NCBI GenBank assembly: GCA_951406725.2
Contig: OX597839.1
Span: 36,394,001-36,458,000, forward strand
Length of the DNA stretch: 64,000 nt
Origin: Octopus vulgaris
Taxonomy: Eukaryota
Direction: 5' to 3'
Part shown: positions 55,729 to 64,000 of the stretch, one piece after another
Position numbering within the stretch: the first letter of the stretch is position 1
Layout of the letters: every line of letters begins with the position of its first letter
The notes under the pieces: generated by a model
Told to the model about the DNA's origin: nothing
What the model saw: only the letters and a program-made list of their open reading frames with translations
The model's database searches: none
Position numbers and translations under genes: made by a program

Positions 55729-56812
55729 TTATATATATATGTATGTATATATGTATATATATATGTATGTATATATATGCATGTATGTATGTATATATGT
55801 ATGTGTGTATATATATATATATGCATGTATGTATATATATATATATGCATGTATGTATATATATATATGTATGTGTATGTATATATATATGTATGTGTAT
55901 GTATGTATATATATATATATATGATATATTTAAAAAAAACTTAGGGAATAATAATAATTATTGCAGGTTATCAGGATATTTACTATTTTACACTTTACAA
56001 ACAGTATCAATTATAATATTACAAATTCGGGATTTTACCAATAGGACCACAACTTCAATTTCAGAACAACCTCATTTTCTGGAGTACACATAGAAAGTTA
56101 TATCCAAAATACTAATCTAATAATATAAGCATTTTAAAGCCTACTATAACATACAATAAGAATAAAGTACATTAGAATAAGTTATATATTATTTAAACAT
56201 ATTTTAAAAATTTCATATATACCTTACCTGTTATTAGTCTGTGGGGAAAGAAGATAATATTAATCATCGTTTAGCGTCCGCTTTCCATGCTAGCATGGGT
56301 TGGACGGTTCAACTGGGGTCTGGGAAGCCAGAAGGCTGCACCAGGCCCAGTCTGATCTGGCAGTGTTTCTACGGCTGGATGCCCTTCCTAACGCCAACCA
56401 CTCCGTGAGTGTAGTGTGTGCTTTTTACATGCCAGACGAGGCTGGCAAACGGCCACGATTGGATGGTGCTTTTTACGTGCTACCGGCACGGGGGCCAGGT
56501 GAGGCTGGCAATGGCCACGATCGGATGGTGCTTTTTACATGCAACCGGCACTGGGGCCAGGTGTGGCTGGCAATGGCCACGATCGGATGGTGCTTTTTAC
56601 GTGCTACCGGCACGGGGTCCAGGTGAGGCTGGCAACGGCCATGATCGGATGGTGCTTTTTGGTGATTAATATATATGTATACATGGTGTTTGGGCTAAAC
56701 TTCAAGATATTTTGTTTCCTCTTTTTCAGGACCAGTTTCATGTATAGAATAACAGTCAGTGGAAATGTAGAGCATAAAGATTAAAGCTGTAGTTGAGAAA
56801 AAGTTAGTTGAT

Positions 56813-57210
56813 AGGCGCAGGAGTGGCTGTGTGATAAGTAGCTTGCTAACTAACCACATGGTTCCGGGTTCAGTCCCACTGCGTGGCATCTTGAGCAAGT
56901 GTCTTCTGCTATAGCCCCGGGCCGACCAATGCCTTGTGAGTGGATTTGGCAGACGGAAACTGAAAGAAGCCTGTCGTATATATGAATGTGTGTGTTTGTG
57001 TGTCTGTGTTTGTCCCCCCAACATCGCTTGACAACCGATGCTGGTGTGTTTATGCCCCTGTCACTTAGCGGTTTGGCAAAAGAGACCGATAGAATAAGTA
57101 CTGGGCTTCCAAAGAATAAGTCTCGGGGTCGAATTGCTCGACTAAAGGCGGTGCTCCGGCATGGCCGCAGTCAAATGACTGAAACAAGTTAAAGAGTAAA
57201 GAGTAAAGAG
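56813..57210 (+). mobile_element. SINE family A
   Basis: Full-length copy. Confidence 0.9.
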
Positions 57211-58216
57211 AGATATGGAAGGTTGGAAGCCATGTGAATATAGGGGAAGAGTTGACTATCATGATGATTTGCACCAAATATTAAAATGTTCAATGCTCTT
57301 GGAACACTGTAAAGGCTGTTAGATGGACGTAGGCAGCTGCATTGGAGTCTATGAAGTTGTGGCCAGGAGCAAGGGGATTATTTTTAGGTGTGTCCCCAGT
57401 GAGGGGGACATCATGAAAGAAGTCCATCGTATGTGTGCGTTTGTGTATGCGTATATATCTGTGTTTGTCCCCCCAACATCACTTGACAACTGATGCTGTT
57501 GTGTTTATGTCCTGGTAACATAGTGATTTGGCAAAAGAGATCGATAGAATAAGTACTGGGCTTACTAAGAGTAAGTCCCGGCGTCGATTTGCTCGGCTAA
57601 AGGCAGTGCTCCAGCATGGCCACAGCCACATGACCGAAACAAGTAAAAGAAAGGGTACACATGCATAGAAGTGATAGGTATGTTCAAGGGACAGTTGCTG
57701 TGTATTTAGATTTGAAATAAAGGTTAGTTCTTTGGCCCCAATTAAAATATATTCAGAGACAAACAGACAGACAGACAGTCAAGCACATCGCAGTACGAAT
57801 ACAAAAACACATTGGACAGATAAACAGCAGGCATTAGGCATTATAATTCATTTATCTTCAAGTTGGAAACTGATTTTAAGGCAAAACTATTTGGTTTTTA
57901 TTTTCAGTTGGAAGAAATATGATCAAATTCTCTTCACAAGAATCAATATTACATTAATAATCAAACAGTTTCAATGCACCCTCCCCCAAAGAACAAAAAA
58001 ACAACAACAACATTTGCAGGAGATGCTAAGTGGGCGCAGTGTTGCAGTTGTTTGGTCCAAGGTCAGTTCGGATTGAGCAGACCCATGGTCACATCTGTTC
58101 CAGTCATGAGACCATTTTCGTTCCCCTGTTTATCCAGAACTACATTTTCTAATGTGTCATTTTCTTTTTTTAATTTAAGCTTATAAGGGTGTGATTTGAG
58201 GGACAATTGGCTGCTA

Positions 58217-58357
58217 TAAGGTTGTCCCAAAAGTTCGTAGAAAGTCTTGGAAAATAATGGTCTTTATTTTGAGGAATAATTTTTGTTGCTTTTGTTAGTA
58301 CTTGGTGAGTAAAAATTCAATTTTCGCAAGTGTTTACGAGCTTTTGGGACAACCTAA
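58217..58357. mobile_element. Tc1/mariner MITE
   Basis: TA TSD; TIR aggttgtcccaaaagttcgta / tacgagcttttgggacaacct. Confidence 0.75.
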
Positions 58358-60571
58358 TATTTCAGGTTGGTCAAGTGATCTTGAAGAGATACCCTCTTTA
58401 GTTAAGCGATGATGTTGATAGTAATAGCTTTGTGGTCCAGTAGAGGTGGGGTTTTTGGCCCAATGGTGGGGGAGGTGGTTTTCTGGTACAATGGTGCAGG
58501 TGTGGCAAACAAAATCAGAAGAAATCAGTTCTGGATATTTTCCAGGTTTCTTCGTGACAACAGATTCTCTGAAGAAACCACCACGTTTTTTGTGGTGCTG
58601 TTAAAATTCCTGATAAGGAAATAATTAACATAAATATGTATTAACAGGCCTGCTCGCTTAGCCAGCGGGGTGGCGTCGTACGAAGGCTAAAATAATGCGG
58701 AGCGCATTGTGACCAGCGATGTGTAGCAAGATCTGATGGTCTGGTCAGTCACGTGATCACGTGATGTATTAACTATTTGTCTCAATAACTGGAGAATTAA
58801 CAAGGTCCAGTGATTGAAAAGATAACAGAGAGAGAGAGATAAATATATATACATAAATATATATACATGGAGTGGGAGAGAATCAGAGAAAAAAGGAACA
58901 AAGAACTAATATTGAGACAGTGTGTAGTTTGGATCCTTCGCAACACAGAACTGGTGAAACCTGGGCCTCGTTAGACACGTTTCTATGTTGTTCTCAGTGG
59001 CAAACAGAAAGAAACCTGATAGTTTTGTCTACAGGCATGTCATAGATGACATACATACGCACACCTTTAAGTAGTTACCACCTGTAATCACAGGTAACAT
59101 GAATCAATCACCACAATACATTTGATGTAAGACTTTTTGCACCACCACCACCACCAGCAGCATCTCTACATTGCTGTACCTTAAAAATACACAAGGAAGT
59201 TTAAGACAGCTGCAAGATAAAAATTATGGTTTAAATTGTCGTATGATAACTTTGGATTATAGTAGTTGAACTCCACTCGTATAAGGCCCCTTTCATGAGA
59301 AAATTTATTTTACTGTAAAAAATAGGTTTCCAACAGTTTGCATAGAATATGATATTAGAGAGGTGAGATAAAGGACAGTGTGTGTGTGTTGTGTGTGAGA
59401 GACAGACACAGAGAGAGCGAATTCTCTCGAAAGATGACTGACAAACAATATTTAGACTCGAGGACTTCTAACAGGTCTGTAATTGCTTTAAATATTCAAA
59501 CAATACATGGAAATCATATTAACAATTGATATAAATAAGGCAATCTAAGATGACTAAATAATGGACTTCTGGATGTGTATAATAATAATAATAATAATAA
59601 ATAAATAAAGATGATGAAAGTTTATGTCAGGAACAGAAATCTTTTTTTATATAAAGCATTTAATAATATATGTGTGTGTATATATTTTTCTGAAATATGT
59701 TTATAGAAATACTGTGTTTTTTTGGTTTTATTGTCAATAAGTGTGTGTGTGTGTGTGTGTATACATACATGCATACATATATATATATATATATGTACAG
59801 ACATGCAACCATCTTGACACATGACCTCACCCAGAGAAGACTGGAAAATTCTTAAATATATACCAAGTCAATTTTGACTGAGCAACTACATTAACTATTA
59901 GACTAACTATAATTTTTAGAATTATATGTAGGTTAATTATTTATAAAAAAAAATTAATTTAATCCCTGTAAAATGAAGCAAAATCATTTATTCAAAAACT
60001 AAGGAAGGAAATATAACCATTGCACAACAACCAGAACACGGTTTTTTTCTTTCAATGTAGATCACACACACACATCTATCACAACTACTCTATAATAAAA
60101 TAACAGAAAGACATCCTAATATAAAACCTGCCTCTGGCTGTCATTCAGTGATAAACTTACTCAGTTATAAACATTTGTGGGGTTATTTGATATAAATTAC
60201 ATTTAATAGCTGGCATAAATTACACTAATGCTATTTATTCCTATGTTCTGAGATTTGGGTTTCTAGACAAAAATATAGAAATATTGCTTTGAGACAGATG
60301 GAACTTGAAGTAGATAAAGCTATAAATAATTGTAGACGACAGATGAGGGTCTTGCAATCTTTTGCTGAACAATCTAACCTGCACAGATGGTTTGTTTATA
60401 GGGGTCAAATGTTTGTGCTGTGTATGAGTTCCCTCAGCCCATCCAACTGACATTGCCTGAACAAGTGCACGGTGTGTCAGATGTGAATGGGATTTGCTCA
60501 AGAACACAGTGCATTGCTCAGTCTGGGAATCAAAACCATAATCTTGTTATTATGAGTGCGATACTCTAACA

Positions 60572-60772
60572 CAGTGGTTTACAACCAGGGTTCCGCCAGT
60601 ACAGTCCAGGGGTTCCGCAAGAAGTTACAAAACTGCTAAAATCGGCAGTAATTTTTAATTCTCCTGTTCAGATATGTGTGCATAAGACTATTAAATTATT
60701 GCACAAGGGTTCCTCGAGCCAGTGGAATGTTTCCTTGGGGTTCCGCGCCAGCAAAAATTTTGAAAAGCACTG
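60572..60772. mobile_element. hAT MITE, same family as 9386-9587, inverted
   Basis: Perfect 8-bp TSD ctctaaca; internal sequence matches the reverse complement of 9386-9587. Confidence 0.88.
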
Positions 60773-61321
60773 CTCTAACAACTAGGCCATGCTCCCTCAC
60801 TTCTATAAATAATAGTGTGTAGAATATTTGGCTAAAAACCTCCTTGGATGGGAAAAGTTGAAGGTTGTCCAATGTACCAAAGTGACCGGTTTGGACTTCT
60901 CCATCGTCACTAGAAGCTTTGGTTTTACTATACAAATAATGAAATTCGTAAATTGTACGGTAAGAATGAAATATTACGCTTGGTTTCCAGTCATGAAAAC
61001 TGCTGAGGTGTGACATGAAATGCTGGTGGCTGTTTACACATACAAACAAATGGACAGTGTGAGAGAAAGAGAGATGAGGAGAATGTGTGTGTGTGTGTGT
61101 GTGTGTGTGTATCAGTGTAAATTCTTATTTATATATATACATACACACATAAAGAGTATGTGTAATTATGTGTATATATGCGTCAAAAAGTATATGTATT
61201 TTTTTTTTTATATAAATATACACATTAAAAAGGAAAGAAAAAAAACAACGAAATAATTAACAAGAGTAAGTCTGCTCGTTAATTGAACAAGCGAAGGTTT
61301 GAAATAGGGATCGTGTTGCAG

Positions 61322-61356
<35 letters not shown>

Positions 61357-61738
61357 GTGTCAATATCTTTGAAATTCCAGAATTGTTTACTGGTGAATGC
61401 AACATGATGCAACTGCGTATAAGAGTGGAGTGGAGTAAGGTCAAAGAGAGAGTTAGACTCGAGAGTGGAGTGGAGTGGAGTGGAGTGGAGTGGAGCAAGG
61501 TCAGAGGTGAGTCGGAGTCTTTCACAAGGAAAATAAAGCACAGTGGTTCATTAATATATCGAAAGTGCAATTGTTGTAAGGCTAATGTTCTTATCACAGA
61601 GAAGCCGACGAGAGTCAGATGGAAGGTGGGAGGAGATGGTATTGTGGTCACTAGGCCTGGGGGGAGGGGATGCAGGAGGGGAGTTAGATACAAGATTTCT
61701 GTTGATGAGAGAGAAGAATAAGTCTTAAGTTAAATTGA

Positions 61739-61881
<143 letters not shown>

Positions 61882-61983
61882 CATGTTTGCGAGCATGTGT
61901 GTGTGTGTATATATTCTTTTATTATATTAGTTTCAGTTAGCGGCTGTGACTATGTCGGGGCACTGCCATTAACCAAAGGTTTT

Positions 61984-62096
61984 GCTTACAATGCCCAGGG
62001 TTCCCAAGCAATCACCCATCTTAGTACTAACTAGGCTTGATGTTACTTAACTTCAGTACTGGACAAGAACCAGTGTTTTCAACAGGATATGGCTGT
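61984..62096 (-). pseudogene. 5S rRNA pseudogene
   Basis: Reverse complement acagccatatcctgttgaaaacactggttcttgtccagtactgaagttaag...ttagtactaagatgggtgattgcttgggaa...tgtaagc aligns to metazoan 5S (boxes A and C recognisable), with many CpG-type transitions and no oligo-T terminator. Confidence 0.88.
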
Positions 62097-62414
62097 GTGT
62101 GCAAATTATACATACAATGTATATATTATATATATTTTCATGTATATACAAGGTTACTGTATTTTTAAAACAAAGCGAAAGAAAAAGTACTCATGAGAGG
62201 AACATGTGAGGAGTATCTTGTCTGTTCCAACATCAGTACTCCTTGTATTAGCAGGAGTAACTTTGCTTCAAAAATACAATTGTATGTTAACCTATATTAA
62301 TAATAAATATTATTAACTATTTAAAATAAGCATTTAACAATATGTTTGAATTAAAGTCTAATAAATATGATTCTATAAAGAGTGTAAGCACTTTCACTGA
62401 TGGTATATATATAT

Positions 62415-62706
62415 TGTTTGTTCCTTCTTGAGCCATGCTTAGCTCATAAGGGCCGGTTTCCTTGGCGTATAGGTTCCCCACCTGGACAGGACGCCGGTCC
62501 GTCGCAGGTGAGCTGCAAGATGCAGGAGGAAAGAGTGAGAGACAGTTGTGGCCAAAGAGTCAGCAGAAGTTTGCCATTACCTTCTGCCGGAGCCGCATGG
62601 AGCTTAAGTGTTTCACTCAAACACACACATTGCCTGGTCTGAGATTTGAACCCGTGACCCCTCGACCGCGAGTCTGCTGCTCTAACCACCAGGCCATGTG
62701 ACTCCA
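62415..62706 (-). mobile_element. V-SINE-like element
   Basis: Reverse complement has a tRNA-like head and cctgcgacggaccggcgtcctgtccagg; a second copy at 44546-45124 is split by a family C insertion. Confidence 0.7.
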
Positions 62707-63752
62707 TAATGATATATATATATATAAATACATACACACACACATGTATATAGCCTCAGGTGTAAAGAAGATGTTGGTTCACAAAGTATAAATAGGTTTT
62801 TATCAAAACTAAAATCTTGCCATATTTAATGTTTGAGCCAGATATGAATGGCTCACAAGTCAGATGTTACAGTGCACATTGAAAAATAGGGGCTGTTTTA
62901 GCTTAATTCTAAACTGGGAGATACAAAATTTCTGTAATAATGGCTCTTCATTAAATTAGAAGACAGAATGGTTCCTTGCTGAACTGATACACAAAATAAG
63001 ATCCGTAGCAGTGGTCCCTTGTGAAATTGGCAAACAGAAAGGTCTTCTCTCACTAATCTAGTTGGTAAATACAAAGGGTTGTGAAAGTGGCCCTTGAATA
63101 CATTGACAGGTAGAAAAATCTAGGAGATACTAAATGTTGTGCGACAACAGTCTCGTTTAGTTAATGGGTCCACAGTAGGGTCTGTGAGAGTCATCTAGCT
63201 CTCTGTAGAAAGCGTGATGCTGTATGGTTAACTGGTAGGCATTCATATAGGGTCTGTGATGCCTGGAGTTATGTAACAAAAGCATGTTGCCTGCAAGTGT
63301 AGCATCAGTGATGTTAATAGTTGCTCCGAATGTCATTGCTTTGTATACAAGTGTTGGCATGTTCAATGTATTGTCGATAGAGCAAATGTTGTACAGTTGG
63401 TATTATTATTGGTATTATTATTGGTATTATTATTGGTATTATTATTGGTATTATTATTATTATTATAGTTTCTGTGATGCATTTAATTATTCCACAGAAG
63501 CAAGCTAACTGCAAATGCAGCATCGGTGATGCTCTGGGTCGCACTCAGTTGCACAAATTGGTGTTGGTATGTTGTTGTGTTGAAGTGAAATTAAACAATG
63601 TCCACTCGGAGAAAGCATTGTAGAGACCAGAGAAGACCAGTGAGACAGGGACCGCTGTTGTCAAAAGGATACAGAGAAAATAAATGGACAAGAACTCATA
63701 CTGTCTACATAGAACAAGGGACGGAGGGGGGTTCGGGTGGGGGGGTCAGGGG

Positions 63753-63907
63753 CTACTGTTGTCTGCACGTTCCATTTTTACTAGTTGGCTTCTTTAGTTT
63801 CTTGTTTCGGTCAATAGTTGCAGCTCTCCGTTGCCCTGGCACTGGCTGAATCTGCTGACCGGTGCCGGTCATTCCATCATTTAAATCATCATCATTTACA
63901 GGTTCTT
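63753..63907 (-). CDS. Probable terminal coding exon of an unidentified convergent gene; polybasic plus CaaX-like C-terminus
   Basis: Minus strand: long T tract plus cattccacag acceptor, then phase-1 open frame xEPVNDDDLNDGMTGTGQQIQPVPGQRRAATIDRNKKLKKPTSKNGTCRQQ*. Confidence 0.72.
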
Positions 63908-64000
63908 CTGTGGAATGAAAAAAAAAAAAAACAAATTAAAAATAGAGCAAAATATAATTGAAATATCTGTTAAAAACTTGTTAATTTAAGATTTTTATCT

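Noticed and set aside
63157-63366. 69-aa minus-strand ORF
   Set aside because: No recognisable homology or splice signals; lies in the presumed 3' UTR downstream of the stop at 63753

Overview
Eukaryotic, AT-rich, repeat-dense genomic DNA, most likely from an octopod cephalopod (inferred from the SINE repertoire). The window holds six + strand coding exons of CTDNEP1/Dullard (16838-46468). They splice in frame to 209 aa plus stop and include the HAD DLDET motif; the first coding exon was not found and probably lies upstream. A convergent - strand gene contributes a probable terminal exon (63753-63907) ending in a polybasic stretch plus CRQQ, a CaaX-type box. The rest is several SINE families, CR1 and RTE LINE fragments, mariner derivatives, hAT, piggyBac-like and Tc1 MITEs, two non-autonomous Helitrons, a 5S rRNA pseudogene, minisatellites and a 140-bp satellite. 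The most unusual signal is a set of AT-rich, non-coding elements sitting in (TA)n microsatellites as tail-out inverted repeats. Some carry minimal hammerhead ribozyme motifs (36.0-36.4 kb). Three share a covarying multibranch RNA fold, and several end in a CCCTAA-like motif. This fits a non-autonomous Penelope-like/retrozyme-type retroelement system. Nearly all ORFs in the supplied track are spurious readings of repeats.
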